A DNA stretch of 21,520 nt from contig CAZJUB010000042.1 in the NCBI GenBank assembly GCA_964549075.1, positions 1 to 21,520 on the forward strand. The letters are read 5' to 3'. The stretch's first letter is position 1. Each line of letters begins with the position of its first letter. The notes below the pieces were generated by a model. The model saw only the letters and a program-made list of their open reading frames with translations, was not told the origin of the DNA and did not search any database. Below are positions 7,668 through 17,731 of the stretch, piece by piece. The DNA comes from an uncultured archaeon (GTDB lineage: Archaea; Asgardarchaeota; Heimdallarchaeia; Heimdallarchaeales; Heimdallarchaeaceae). A program made the position numbers and the translations under genes.

Positions 7668-9456
7668 CTCCTTTATGATAAGCTTCCATCAACATCATAC
7701 CAACTTGGCTATTTTTTGCCACACTCACTTCACCAGTTTTTCCTACAGTTAATTGAACTAGATTTGTTCCATTAGCTGCTACAATAACATCTTTTCCTAT
7801 ACAAACACTAGGAAAAACCAAGTTTACCTTGTTCTTTGAAGTATATAGATCTATTACAAACTCCATCTCTTCCATTTCATCCAAAGACTTCACTGTAATG
7901 GAAAGACCTAATTTTTGTTCTATTTCTTCGATAGTTCGTCCATCTTTACCAATTATCCTTGGTCTATCTTTATTTGAAACATAAAGTGTTAGAGAATTAG
8001 GAGAATCAAACTCGAAATTATAATCATAAATTGAATATCTTTTCAGAACTTTTTCTATGTTTGAAGGTGTAATATTTGAAATCTGAGCTGTTTTATTTCT
8101 AGATTTTGTGGATTTGCCAACTGGGGAGACAACAATTTGCTCTCCAAATGTATAAATTTCATATTCACTTCTGTTAGTATGGAAATCTTTCACTAAGATA
8201 ACAGGCCTACTAAGATCTTTTTCAGTCATTCCTGTTGGTAATGCTACTGTTAACTCAAGAGTATATACTTTAGAAACCTCCCCACTAGCAATGAAAATAA
8301 TTGTATCAACAATCGAAGGTATAACACCTAAATCAACTCTTCTAATAAATCGTTGAATCCCATCAATTGCTTGAGTTGCATGTACTACTCCAATTAATCC
8401 AATACCTGCTAATCGTAAATCTGAGTAAGTTTCAAAATCCTTTGTTTTTCTCAATTCATCATAAATTACATAATCGGGTCTCATAAGAAGAACCAAATCA
8501 GCAGAAGCTGAAATATCTCCTTCAAAACCTGACATCTGAGTAATTCTATTATCTACCTGAAGATCTCTAGGATTTTCGAATGTTTTTACTATACGATCCA
8601 TATCTGCGTAATTTTCTGCTAAAGCAGTTGCAAAAGTACTCTTTCCAGCACCAGGTGGTCCTGCAATGATAATTCCTTCTGCTTTTGTCTCAATTCTTTG
8701 GAGAAGTTTAGGATCAATTTCATAATCTTTCAAGGATAACTTTACTATCGGTCTTACAGCTGTTATTTCCATAGCATCACTAAAAGGTGGTCTGATAATT
8801 ACAATCCTAGTATTCATCAGTTGAACAACGGTTGTTCCATGTTGATCTGATTCTATAAAACTGTCCTTTTCTCTAGAAGCTCTTTCAATAACGTCTTTTG
8901 CTAATTCATCTAATATTTCTCTAGATAGAACTTTTTCGTTCTCCAATGGCACTAACTTGAAATTTCCTGGGAATCCGTTTTTTGCAAAAGGAAAATTGTT
9001 TTCTCTAAGATGAATAGACATGGTATCTTCATTAAAGTAATCTTCAATTTTCTTACCTATACTACTTGTTTCTTCTTTTATGAAAACTACTGCCAAACCT
9101 TCTGCTTTACCAATCTCAGCCATAACTCTATCAGATGTAATAAGAATAGCTTCATATTCAGCAGCTAAATCTCTAATTTGAGCATCTAACTCTCCTCCAG
9201 GTGCTCCTTTAATTTGATTAACAGTAGGTCGAGACCCATCAATTATGAGTTCAACAGCAGTTTTTGCGCAATAATCTCGCATTCTTTGTAATTCTTCTAA
9301 AGCTGTCATTCCAGCAGTTTTAGCTTGATTAGCCATATTTTCAATCTCAGCAATAACAACTCTTGAAAGTATTATAGAATCAACATCTTCTTGCTCTTCT
9401 AGATATGTTAGAAATTGACCGTTGATAATTGTAGAGGTATCTGGTACGTACTTCAT
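7645..9456 (-). CDS. PIN-domain ATPase with KH domain (PINA family)
   Basis: N-terminal PIN (VPDTS...ITSD), RPPFSD..EITAVRP, Walker A GPPGAGKST, RPDYVIYDELR, GVVHA, KH IIGKDG, C-terminal TVGKTGEV. Confidence 0.95.
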   Translation of the reverse strand: MKYVPDTSTIINGQFLTYLEEQEDVDSIILSRVVIAEIENMANQAKTAGMTALEELQRMRDYCAKTAVELIIDGSRPTVNQIKGAPGGELDAQIRDLAAEYEAILITSDRVMAEIGKAEGLAVVFIKEETSSIGKKIEDYFNEDTMSIHLRENNFPFAKNGFPGNFKLVPLENEKVLSREILDELAKDVIERASREKDSFIESDQHGTTVVQLMNTRIVIIRPPFSDAMEITAVRPIVKLSLKDYEIDPKLLQRIETKAEGIIIAGPPGAGKSTFATALAENYADMDRIVKTFENPRDLQVDNRITQMSGFEGDISASADLVLLMRPDYVIYDELRKTKDFETYSDLRLAGIGLIGVVHATQAIDGIQRFIRRVDLGVIPSIVDTIIFIASGEVSKVYTLELTVALPTGMTEKDLSRPVILVKDFHTNRSEYEIYTFGEQIVVSPVGKSTKSRNKTAQISNITPSNIEKVLKRYSIYDYNFEFDSPNSLTLYVSNKDRPRIIGKDGRTIEEIEQKLGLSITVKSLDEMEEMEFVIDLYTSKNKVNLVFPSVCIGKDVIVAANGTNLVQLTVGKTGEVSVAKNSQVGMMLMEAYHKGATISALL

Positions 9457-9465
9457 TTTAATCCC

Positions 9466-10008
9466 TTACATTTTATTGTTTATTTTTTCAAATTCAAGTT
9501 CACTTACGCTATAATATGAACTATCACCTAGACTATCAATTACGGCAAAAATCAATTGCTTACCTAGTTTTTTTGTTTCAGATACGACTTGGTCGATTTC
9601 ATCAATTTCAAATAACACACCTTCAACCATAGGAATAATTAAAGCTAAATGTTTTGCCTTATTTGGTGTTGCTCCTCGCTCATATAACTCAAAATATTGA
9701 TTGTCGAGAGATTGCTTTTTTACAATATATCCCCTACTTCGTAAATCCTTATACAGGAGATAGTGAATTAAGAAATTGGATTCATTATCCGAAAAATGTG
9801 CAACTACATCTTTAAGTTCAATCAGCTGGTCTTGTTCATTTAGTACATTTATTTTCTTTCTTTCAAGTAATAAAACGGTTTCATAAGGGTCTAGTTTTAA
9901 ATTATTACCTTTAGTAAAATGTCCAAACCAACCTTGACTGTAGATATCATTTGCATTTTTGTCTTCGATCAAGGAAAATTTCTTATTGAGTTTAGCAGTA
10001 CAAAGCAT
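9466..10008 (-). CDS. tRNA splicing endonuclease (EndA)-like subunit, divergent
   Basis: LKLDPYETVLLLE, LLYKDLRSRGYIVK, FELYERG, LIFAVIDSLGDSSYYSV. Confidence 0.8.
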   Translation of the reverse strand: MLCTAKLNKKFSLIEDKNANDIYSQGWFGHFTKGNNLKLDPYETVLLLERKKINVLNEQDQLIELKDVVAHFSDNESNFLIHYLLYKDLRSRGYIVKKQSLDNQYFELYERGATPNKAKHLALIIPMVEGVLFEIDEIDQVVSETKKLGKQLIFAVIDSLGDSSYYSVSELEFEKINNKM

Positions 10009-10074
10009 TCTTCTTCAATAGTATAAAATGTAGATAATATTAAAAATTGATGTTGAGAGATATAATTAATATTG

Positions 10075-10908
10075 ATGAAATTAAAAGAGAAGTTGCGAAC
10101 AGTTTTTCAGGAAAAAATGAACGCAAAGCAACTTGAGAAATTACCTGCAGGATATACAGTAATTGGAGATATTGCCATTTTCCACCACATTGATGAGAGT
10201 ATAAAAAATTATAAGAGTCTGTTAGGTGAGATTGTATTAGAAATTGATCCTAAAATACACGTAGTGGTTGAACAACTAAACACCATATCACCTTATAGAA
10301 AACCTGTGATTTCTCACTTAGCAGGGGAACTCAGGACAAAAACAATTCATAAAGAATTCAATACAGAATTTCATCTAGATATCGCTGAAATAACTCTGTC
10401 AGCAGGGAATAAAGGGGAAAGAGAAAAACTGATTAGAGAAGTTGAAAACAATGAAGTTATTTGCGATATGTTTGCATGTATTGGTAACCTTTCGTTACCC
10501 ATAGTTACAAATAATCCAACTGTAACTGCATATGGAATAGAGTGGAATAAAATAGCATATGATTTTCTGGAAATGAATATTAAAGCAAACAACACTGAAA
10601 AGAGATATTATCCAATATTTGGTGATAATAGGAAAAAAACACCACTAAGCTTTGCAACAAGAGTATTACTGGGATATTTTGGTAGTGATGAAACACAGTT
10701 TATTTGTGCTTGTGAAGCCATTAAAGGAGAAGGGTGGATACATTATCATAGTCTTTCACCCAGAGATAATCTAAAAGAATCTGAGAGATATATTAAACAT
10801 TTAAGTAAAAAAGTGAATTATGATATTGAAATTAGAGAGATTCGAAGAATAAAGAAATTCTCACCTAGGAAGTATCATCTTTGTAGTGACATATATGTAA
10901 AGAAGTAG
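10075..10908 (+). CDS. taw2: Trm5/Tyw2 family SAM-dependent tRNA-modifying enzyme, most like Taw2 (wyosine aminocarboxypropyltransferase)
   Basis: IGDIA, TIHKE, SAGNKGER, DMFACIG, GDNR, RVLLGY, and IHYH (Taw2-type). TTG 10072 is in frame. Confidence 0.75.
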   Translation: MKLKEKLRTVFQEKMNAKQLEKLPAGYTVIGDIAIFHHIDESIKNYKSLLGEIVLEIDPKIHVVVEQLNTISPYRKPVISHLAGELRTKTIHKEFNTEFHLDIAEITLSAGNKGEREKLIREVENNEVICDMFACIGNLSLPIVTNNPTVTAYGIEWNKIAYDFLEMNIKANNTEKRYYPIFGDNRKKTPLSFATRVLLGYFGSDETQFICACEAIKGEGWIHYHSLSPRDNLKESERYIKHLSKKVNYDIEIREIRRIKKFSPRKYHLCSDIYVKK

Positions 10909-10956
10909 GAATTATTATAGTTAACAACTCTTATTATTCAAGAATTCCCGAATATT

Positions 10957-11439
10957 ATGATGATAGAACTGGAAAAACCTAAAGCAGCTGATTTGAAAAA
11001 AATACAAAGTATTGCTGATTTTCAATTTGGACAAGGAGCGGGTAAGGTCTTATTTGCAGAAAAAATAGAGATTGAAAAATCAAAAGGAACGAATCGAATA
11101 CGTTTTATTTATCGTGATAAATCAAGAATCTTCTCATTTCGTGTGCGTGATGGTTTTCTAGTTCCTTCGCTGTTAGGAGGTAAAATTCTCCACGAAAATG
11201 ATTATGGTTTAAAAGTCACAGTAAACGAGGATTCTGAACCTTTTGTAAAGTCTGGAAAAACAGTTTTTGCTAAACATGTTCTAGAAGCTGATCCAAGTAT
11301 AGCAGTTAAAGATGAAGTTATTATAATTAATCGAAACAATGAGTTCTTAGGAATTGGAACTGCCAAATTATCAGGAAGAATGATGATAGCGATGGATAAA
11401 GGCGTAGCTGTTTCAACTCGAAAAGGTATAGAAAAATAA
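10957..11439 (+). CDS. PUA-domain RNA-binding protein (stand-alone archaeal TGT C2/PUA-like)
   Basis: IADFQFGQGAG, TNRIRFI, PFVKSGKTVFAKHV, DEVII, GVAVSTRKG. Confidence 0.88.
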   Translation: MMIELEKPKAADLKKIQSIADFQFGQGAGKVLFAEKIEIEKSKGTNRIRFIYRDKSRIFSFRVRDGFLVPSLLGGKILHENDYGLKVTVNEDSEPFVKSGKTVFAKHVLEADPSIAVKDEVIIINRNNEFLGIGTAKLSGRMMIAMDKGVAVSTRKGIEK

Positions 11440-11449
11440 GAAGAAGAGG

Positions 11450-11815
11450 TTATTTTGTTTTTAGTTTCACAATTGCACCTGCAAGATCACCGTTTTCTTC
11501 TTCCAAAGCTTTTCTAGCTTCTTCTTCAGATGCACCTGTTTGAGCCACAACTAATTCCACATCAGAGTCTGTTACTGTAACACCAACAACAGCACTTTCC
11601 TCACCTCTAGGGCGATCTGTTCCAGCACCCACAACTTGGAAAGTATCAGATTCCATCATTCCTGGAATAAAGGTCTTGACTACAGTAGGATTATAAACAA
11701 CTGTTTCCTTGTCTGCGAAACGTATTATAACTTCTTCTACTCCCTCTAATTCTATTTGTTTCATTCTCGCTTGCATTCTTTTTGCTTCGCGCGGTGAGAT
11801 AGGTCTTCTACTCAT
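11450..11815 (-). CDS. nac: Nascent polypeptide-associated complex protein (aNAC)
   Basis: ISPR...M, VEEVIIR, P.V, FQVVG, and UBA-like DVELVVAQTGASEEEARKALEEENGDLAGAI. Confidence 0.93.
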   Translation of the reverse strand: MSRRPISPREAKRMQARMKQIELEGVEEVIIRFADKETVVYNPTVVKTFIPGMMESDTFQVVGAGTDRPRGEESAVVGVTVTDSDVELVVAQTGASEEEARKALEEENGDLAGAIVKLKTK

Positions 11816-11830
11816 AATATCACAACATTT

Positions 11831-12103
11831 TCATTCATTTATTTCAGAATTTTGATTTTTTTCTATTTTAGCTTCAAGCATTCCCTCTTTTGGTGCTCTA
11901 GTTTTCAGGAAAATCCACCCTATCCATGTTAGAAATACTAACACTATAAAAGCAATAATGAAAAACACTATAGCTAGACCTAGGTAAGCATCAAATAAAC
12001 GGTTAATATCTAAAATTGGCATCAAAATTGTCCAATAGAATAGAAAACCAAGTATAGATAATGAACCAATAATCATTACTAAGCCAATTATCTTATCATT
12101 CAT
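11831..12103 (-). CDS. Small two-TM membrane protein, DPM2/PIG-P-like
   Basis: Two hydrophobic helices; DKIIGL..., W.IL.P..D, AY..AI, LKT(K/R) pattern resembling DPM2 as recalled from memory. Confidence 0.65.
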   Translation of the reverse strand: MNDKIIGLVMIIGSLSILGFLFYWTILMPILDINRLFDAYLGLAIVFFIIAFIVLVFLTWIGWIFLKTRAPKEGMLEAKIEKNQNSEINE

Positions 12104-12158
12104 TGCTCTTGGTCTCCATCAGAAATATTCCCTCAAGTCTATTAAGACTTTTCTTCTC

Positions 12159-12497
12159 TCACATTTCTATATCAACACCTAGAGCCATTTTAATTAAGGC
12201 TCGTATCTTATCTTCAGCACCTTCATAATGTGCCTTCTTTCCAGGTACCTCAACAATTACTGGATAAGGATTAAGTGTGATTCTCTTAATTACATCTTGG
12301 TTAGCTTTAGCTACTTCTTCTGTAATTATCAAAATAGCAATCTCTGGATCTTCTGCTAATGAACGAAGTAAGGAAGAAGCTTTTTCCGGTTCTTCTGTAT
12401 GCACTGCAGAGATTCCGGCTAATTTGAAACCTAAAGAGGTTTCCTCATCACCAATACTTACGATTTTGGTTCTTTTGTTAATACTCACTGTGATCAC
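12159..12497 (-). CDS. atpF: A/V-type ATP synthase subunit F
   Basis: KIVSIGDEETSLGFKLAGI, IAILIITE, PVIVEVP, LIKMALGVDI. GTG 12488 is an alternative start. Confidence 0.95.
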   Translation of the reverse strand: MITVSINKRTKIVSIGDEETSLGFKLAGISAVHTEEPEKASSLLRSLAEDPEIAILIITEEVAKANQDVIKRITLNPYPVIVEVPGKKAHYEGAEDKIRALIKMALGVDIEM

Positions 12498-12499
12498 TA

Positions 12500-12817
12500 C
12501 TAAAGTATTTCAGAAAGAATCAAATCAACTGCTTTTTTTTCTGATTTCTTTGCTTTTTCATCAAGTTTGCTTTTAATAGTTTCAAATTCTTTATCAAGTG
12601 AAACAAATTCTTTTTCAATCCTTGTCTTTACATCTGAAAGAATTTTGCTAGCTATTTCATTAGCATTGATTCCTGCATCACGGATTTGTAAAACACCTTC
12701 TTTTTCAGCATCCATAATAGCTCGTTCTTTTGCTGCTTCAGCTTTCTTGATTTTTTCTTCACAATCTCTTTCTGTTTTTCTTATGGTTTTTAGAAATTCG
12801 ATGCTCATTTTAACCAC
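12500..12817 (-). CDS. A/V-type ATP synthase peripheral stalk subunit G/H
   Basis: All-helical K/E/A-rich 105 aa: 'EFLKTIRKTE...A...A' N-terminus and 'KAVDLILSEIL' C-terminus; 2 nt upstream of atpF. ATG 12808 is an alternative start. Confidence 0.78.
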   Translation of the reverse strand: MVKMSIEFLKTIRKTERDCEEKIKKAEAAKERAIMDAEKEGVLQIRDAGINANEIASKILSDVKTRIEKEFVSLDKEFETIKSKLDEKAKKSEKKAVDLILSEIL

Positions 12818-12942
12818 AGAGTTTATTGCTTAAAAGTTATCCTTATATGATGTTTTTAAAAGATTCTGTTGCACCTTAAAAATCTGTTTAGTTCTATAGG
12901 TTCGTCGAAAGAGATTTAATCTCACAAAATTTTATGTAAATA

Positions 12943-14313
12943 ATGAAAAGGAAGTATTTTGGTACTAATGGAATCAGAGGAATTGTTGGAGATCTGATTA
13001 CTCCTTCATTTGTTTCCAAAATGAGCTCTGCTATTGCTTCCTGTATGTTAGATAAAGGGACCATGATAGTTGGCATGGATTCAAGACTTAGCAGTCCTGA
13101 TTTCAAGAACATTATTACAACTAGTTTTCTTTCAAATGGAATTGAAGTTATAGATATTGGTAAAGTACCCACCCCTCTTCTCCAATTTGCTGTAACACAC
13201 CTGAAAGCAGATATGGGGATAATGGTAACAGCAAGTCATAATCCACCAGAATTTAACGGAATAAAAGTAATAGATTCTGATGGAATCGAAATAGACACTC
13301 AAAAGCAGATTGCTATCGAACAAGTTTTTGAAGAAGAAAATTTTCACTTCATCAAACAACAGATCAATCAACAAGTAGTAAAGATGGATGTATCTCCAGT
13401 ATACATTGAACAAATAATTAATCTTGTTGACTCTGATAAAATTGAAAAGAAGAAATTATCTGTTGTTGTAGATGGAGGTAACGGTGTTGGAAGTTTAATT
13501 ACGCCTTCTCTTTTACAGAAACTCGGTGTAAGGGTGTATGGTGTTAATTGTCAATTAGACGGTCGTTTTCCAGGAAGAGGAGTAGAACCAGTACCAGAAA
13601 AACTTGATTTCATGAATAAAGTTGTAACTTCCGTTGGTGCTGATTATTCAATAGCTCATGATGGCGATGCCGATAGAGCCATTTTTGGTGATAATAAAGG
13701 ACAAATACATTATGGGGACAGATCGATAGCCTTGTTTGAGAGATGGGTCTTATCTCAAAATAACAATAAGAAATTCGTGACACCTATTAGTTCTTCTTCT
13801 GTTATGATAGATGTAATAGAACAAGAAGGTGGAGAAATCTTTTGGACACCGGTAGGATGTATCTATGTAAGTCGAACAATGATCGAAAACGGATGTATTC
13901 TTGGAGGAGAAGAAAATGGAGGATTATTTTATAGCCCTCATCAAAGTGTGAGAGATGGGATGATGGCAGCAGCACTAATGGCTGAAATTCTAGCAAATTC
14001 TGAAAAACAGCTAAGTAAATTGTTAGAGGAATTTCCACAATACTTCCAAAAAAAGACTAAGATAACATGTGAAGAAAATATCAAGGAAGATGTCATGCAA
14101 GAGATAGTCAATAACGTGGAGGGAGTAGAAGAAATAATTACGATAGATGGAGTAAAACTGCTCTTTCCTGATGGGTGGGCACTTATTAGACCATCAGGAA
14201 CAGAATCGATTTTTAGAATTTTTGTGGAAGCACAAACAGCAGAAAAAGCAGATTTACTGATGAAAAATGGGTTAAAACTAGTAAGGAACGCAATAAATAA
14301 ATTCTCAAAGTAA
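12943..14313 (+). CDS. Alpha-D-phosphohexomutase (phosphomannomutase/phosphoglucomutase/GlmM family)
   Basis: FGTNGIRG, TASHNP phosphoserine loop, DGDADR metal loop, GGEENGG, RPSGTE. Confidence 0.95.
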   Translation: MKRKYFGTNGIRGIVGDLITPSFVSKMSSAIASCMLDKGTMIVGMDSRLSSPDFKNIITTSFLSNGIEVIDIGKVPTPLLQFAVTHLKADMGIMVTASHNPPEFNGIKVIDSDGIEIDTQKQIAIEQVFEEENFHFIKQQINQQVVKMDVSPVYIEQIINLVDSDKIEKKKLSVVVDGGNGVGSLITPSLLQKLGVRVYGVNCQLDGRFPGRGVEPVPEKLDFMNKVVTSVGADYSIAHDGDADRAIFGDNKGQIHYGDRSIALFERWVLSQNNNKKFVTPISSSSVMIDVIEQEGGEIFWTPVGCIYVSRTMIENGCILGGEENGGLFYSPHQSVRDGMMAAALMAEILANSEKQLSKLLEEFPQYFQKKTKITCEENIKEDVMQEIVNNVEGVEEIITIDGVKLLFPDGWALIRPSGTESIFRIFVEAQTAEKADLLMKNGLKLVRNAINKFSK

Positions 14314-14432
14314 CTAAAAAATTCGTTAGTGGCTTGTTAGGAAAATAAGCTTTGTTTATTAAAAATAGAGGTATTTAACAAAACTTAAAAAAAGAAATCA
14401 ATAAGTTGCGTAGTATATAGAGTGTAATTAAG

Positions 14433-16223
14433 ATGACTGTAGCTAATTCGAACCAGATCGGTTATATTGAGAGAATTTCAGGACCAGTAGTTCAAGCTTC
14501 TAATATGTTGGGGGCCAAATTATATGATGTAGCTAGAATCGGTGATGAGAAACTAGTTGGGGAAATTATCAAACTTACTAAAGATATAGCTACAATCCAA
14601 GTATATGAAAGTACTGATGGATTGACTCCAGGAGAACCTGTTTATCGATCCAATGAGCCCTTATCTGTTGAACTTGGACCAGGCTTAATAAGACAAATTT
14701 TTGACGGGATACAAAGGCCTTTACCTGTTATTCGTGAAATTTCTGGAGATTTCATGGAAAGAGGAATTGAGATTCCAGGTCTAGATCACAAAAAATTATG
14801 GGATTTTACACCTAGCGTGAAAGTAGGAGATAAGGTAATAGGAGGAGACATTTTAGGAGAAATTCCAGAAACTCCAACAGTAGATTTCAAACTTTTGGTA
14901 CCACCAAAAGCTAGGGGTAAAATTGAATTTGTAGCAAAACGAGGGGATTATAACATTGATGAAACTGCAGCTACTTTAGTAGATTCCAATGGAAATAAGA
15001 TTGATTTGAAGTTCTACCATGAGTGGCCAGTTCGTCAACCAAGACCCTATCATACTCGTTTACCTTCTAATGTTCCTTTAATAACAGGACAAAGAGTCTT
15101 CGATACTTTTACACCTATTGCTAAAGGTGGAACAGGAGCAATTCCAGGAGGTTTTGGAACAGGTAAAACTGTTAGTCAACATCAGCTTGCTAAATGGTCT
15201 GATGCAAAAATTGTGGTTTATGTTGGTTGTGGAGAAAGAGGAAATGAAATGACAGATGTTCTTCGTGAATTTCCAAGACTTGTAGACCCATACACTGGAG
15301 GACCACTCATGGATCGTACTATTTTAATTGCAAATACATCGAATATGCCTGTTGCTGCCCGTGAAGCAAGCGTATATACTGGAATAACTCTAGCAGAATT
15401 CTTCAGAGACATGGGATATGATGTAGCTATGATGGCTGATAGTACATCTCGTTGGGCAGAAGCATTAAGAGAAATTTCCGGTAGATTAGAAGAGATGCCA
15501 GGAGAAGAATCTTTCCCAGCTTATCTTGCATCAAGAATTGCTCAATATTATGAAAGAGCAGGTCGTGTTTTAACTAATGGCTCAAAACAAAGAGAAGCAA
15601 GTATTACTGTAGTAGGCGCTGTTAGCCCACCTGGGGGAGACTTCAGTGAGCCAGTCACACAGAATACTTTAAGAATCGTAAAAGTTTTTTGGGCACTTTC
15701 AAAAGAATTAGCTAGCCGTAGACACTTTCCAGCTATTGATTATCTTCTCAGTTATACTTTATATTGGTCAGCTCTTGAAGATTATTATGCAAAAAATGTT
15801 CATGCTGAATTTCCAGAACTAAGAACAGAAGCTCTTGCATTGTTACAGAAAGATAAAGAGCTTCAAGATATTGTAGCACTTGTTGGACCAGATGCCTTAC
15901 CCCCAAGTGAAAAGATTATACTTGAAACAGCAAGAATGCTCAAAGAAGATTTCTTGCAACAGAATGCTTTTCATGAATCCGATAGTTTCTGTAGCTTATC
16001 AAAGCAATATCTTATGCTAAAAACAATTCTTCGTTTCCATGAAAAAGCGAAAGATCTCTACAAAAGAGGTGCTAGTGTAGCTGATATATTTAACAGTGAA
16101 TTGGTTGTAAGGATTGCAAGGATGAAATACATTGAGAGAAACGAAGTAGATACTAGCTTAAATGAATTAATGAAAGAGATTGACGGATTAACCATTCAAA
16201 ACTTTGGAGTGGAGGAAAAATAG
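14433..16223 (+). CDS. atpA: A/V-type ATP synthase catalytic subunit A
   Basis: GGFGTGKT P-loop, [48 protein letters not shown]. Confidence 0.98.
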   Translation: MTVANSNQIGYIERISGPVVQASNMLGAKLYDVARIGDEKLVGEIIKLTKDIATIQVYESTDGLTPGEPVYRSNEPLSVELGPGLIRQIFDGIQRPLPVIREISGDFMERGIEIPGLDHKKLWDFTPSVKVGDKVIGGDILGEIPETPTVDFKLLVPPKARGKIEFVAKRGDYNIDETAATLVDSNGNKIDLKFYHEWPVRQPRPYHTRLPSNVPLITGQRVFDTFTPIAKGGTGAIPGGFGTGKTVSQHQLAKWSDAKIVVYVGCGERGNEMTDVLREFPRLVDPYTGGPLMDRTILIANTSNMPVAAREASVYTGITLAEFFRDMGYDVAMMADSTSRWAEALREISGRLEEMPGEESFPAYLASRIAQYYERAGRVLTNGSKQREASITVVGAVSPPGGDFSEPVTQNTLRIVKVFWALSKELASRRHFPAIDYLLSYTLYWSALEDYYAKNVHAEFPELRTEALALLQKDKELQDIVALVGPDALPPSEKIILETARMLKEDFLQQNAFHESDSFCSLSKQYLMLKTILRFHEKAKDLYKRGASVADIFNSELVVRIARMKYIERNEVDTSLNELMKEIDGLTIQNFGVEEK

Positions 16224-16236
16224 AAGAGGGGAAAAT

Positions 16237-17679
16237 ATGAAAGTAAAAGAGAGATATGAAGCAAGAGAATTTCAAACTGTAATAGAAGTATCAGGACCAC
16301 TTATTTTCGTAGACTTAAAAGAGACGGGTGGAGTATCTTTTAATGAGATGGTAGAAATTACCACCATTTCAGGAGAAAGAAGAAGAGGACAGGTTTTAGA
16401 TGTGTCAAAAAATCTGGCAATAATCCAATGTTTTGAAGGGACTTCTGGTCTTGAAACAGACAAAACCACTTGCAGATTTCTAGGAACAACCATGAAAATA
16501 GGTGTTAGTAAAGACATGCTTGGTCGTGTATTTAATGGAAGAGGTGAACCTATTGATGGTGGAGGAGATATAATTCCAGAGAAAATACTAGATGTAGCTG
16601 GTACTCCAATTAATCCGTCTGCTCGACAATACCCCAAGGAATTTATTGAAACTGGAGTAAGTACAATTGATACTTTGCTTACTCTTGTTAGAGGACAAAA
16701 ATTACCATTATTTAGTGGAAATGGATTACCTCACAATAAACTTGCTGCTCAAATTGCACGTCAAGCTAAAGTACTTGGTGCAGAAGAGGAATTTGCAGTC
16801 ATCTTCTCAGCAATGGGTATTACTGCCGATGAAGCAAGATTTTTCCGTGAAGACTTTGAAGCTACTGGTGCATTAGATAAGGTAGTACTTTTCCTAAATT
16901 TGGCAGATGATCCTGCTATTGAACGTTTATTAACACCTCGTTTAGCTCTTACAGCAGCTGAATATCTTGCTTTTGAACACGATTATCATGTGTTAGTAAT
17001 ACTAACAGACATCACATCTTATGCTGAATCATTGCGTGAAGTAGCTGCTGCACGAAGTGAGGTACCTAGTAGACGAGGATACCCTGGATATATGTATTCA
17101 GATTTCTCAACAATATATGAAAGAGCAGGAAGAATTCAGGATAAAAAAGGCTCAATTACACAGATTCCTATTCTAACTCTACCTAATTATGATATTACTC
17201 ATCCAGTGCCAGATTTAACAGGATATATTACTGAAGGACAGATATATGTAGATGTAGCTTTAAATCGTAAAGGGCTTTACCCACCAATAAATCCGTTACC
17301 TTCACTCTCAAGGCTGATGAAAGACACAATTGGGAAGGGATCAACAAGAAGCGATCACAAATATGTTGCTGATCAGCTCTATGCTCTATATGCAACAGGT
17401 AGAGATTTGCGAGATTTAGTAGCAGTTGTAGGTGACGAATCACTTTCTGATACTGATAGAAAGGTTCTAGAATTTGCTGATTTATTTGAACAGAAATTCA
17501 TTAATCAGGAGTATCATGAAGACAGGTCTATATTCCAATCATTAGATATAGGATGGGATATGTTATCAATCTTTGATGACCCTCAAAAAGTCCTTAAACG
17601 TATACCTTCAGAAGTAATTAATAAGTTTCTTCCAGATAAAAGAGATAGTAAAACAGATTTCAATAACGTTAATGTCTGA
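16237..17679 (+). CDS. atpB: A/V-type ATP synthase subunit B
   Basis: [53 protein letters not shown] 16237 follows GAGGGG SD. Confidence 0.98.
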   Translation: MKVKERYEAREFQTVIEVSGPLIFVDLKETGGVSFNEMVEITTISGERRRGQVLDVSKNLAIIQCFEGTSGLETDKTTCRFLGTTMKIGVSKDMLGRVFNGRGEPIDGGGDIIPEKILDVAGTPINPSARQYPKEFIETGVSTIDTLLTLVRGQKLPLFSGNGLPHNKLAAQIARQAKVLGAEEEFAVIFSAMGITADEARFFREDFEATGALDKVVLFLNLADDPAIERLLTPRLALTAAEYLAFEHDYHVLVILTDITSYAESLREVAAARSEVPSRRGYPGYMYSDFSTIYERAGRIQDKKGSITQIPILTLPNYDITHPVPDLTGYITEGQIYVDVALNRKGLYPPINPLPSLSRLMKDTIGKGSTRSDHKYVADQLYALYATGRDLRDLVAVVGDESLSDTDRKVLEFADLFEQKFINQEYHEDRSIFQSLDIGWDMLSIFDDPQKVLKRIPSEVINKFLPDKRDSKTDFNNVNV

Positions 17680-17680
17680 G

Positions 17681-17709
17681 TTTTCTCTTCTTTTCTTTTT
17701 TATTTTTCT
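17681..17709 (+). terminator. Oligo-T-rich putative archaeal terminator after atpB
   Basis: ttttctcttcttttcttttttatttttct immediately after the stop codon. Confidence 0.5.
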
Positions 17710-17731
17710 AATGTCATGAGATTTATTTCTT

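Noticed and set aside
16204-16236. Longer atpB start from the ORF track
   Set aside because: Overlaps the atpA end; ATG 16237 has a good SD and gives normal length.
14433-17679. Inteins in AtpA/AtpB
   Set aside because: Lengths are normal and the motifs around the P-loop are uninterrupted.
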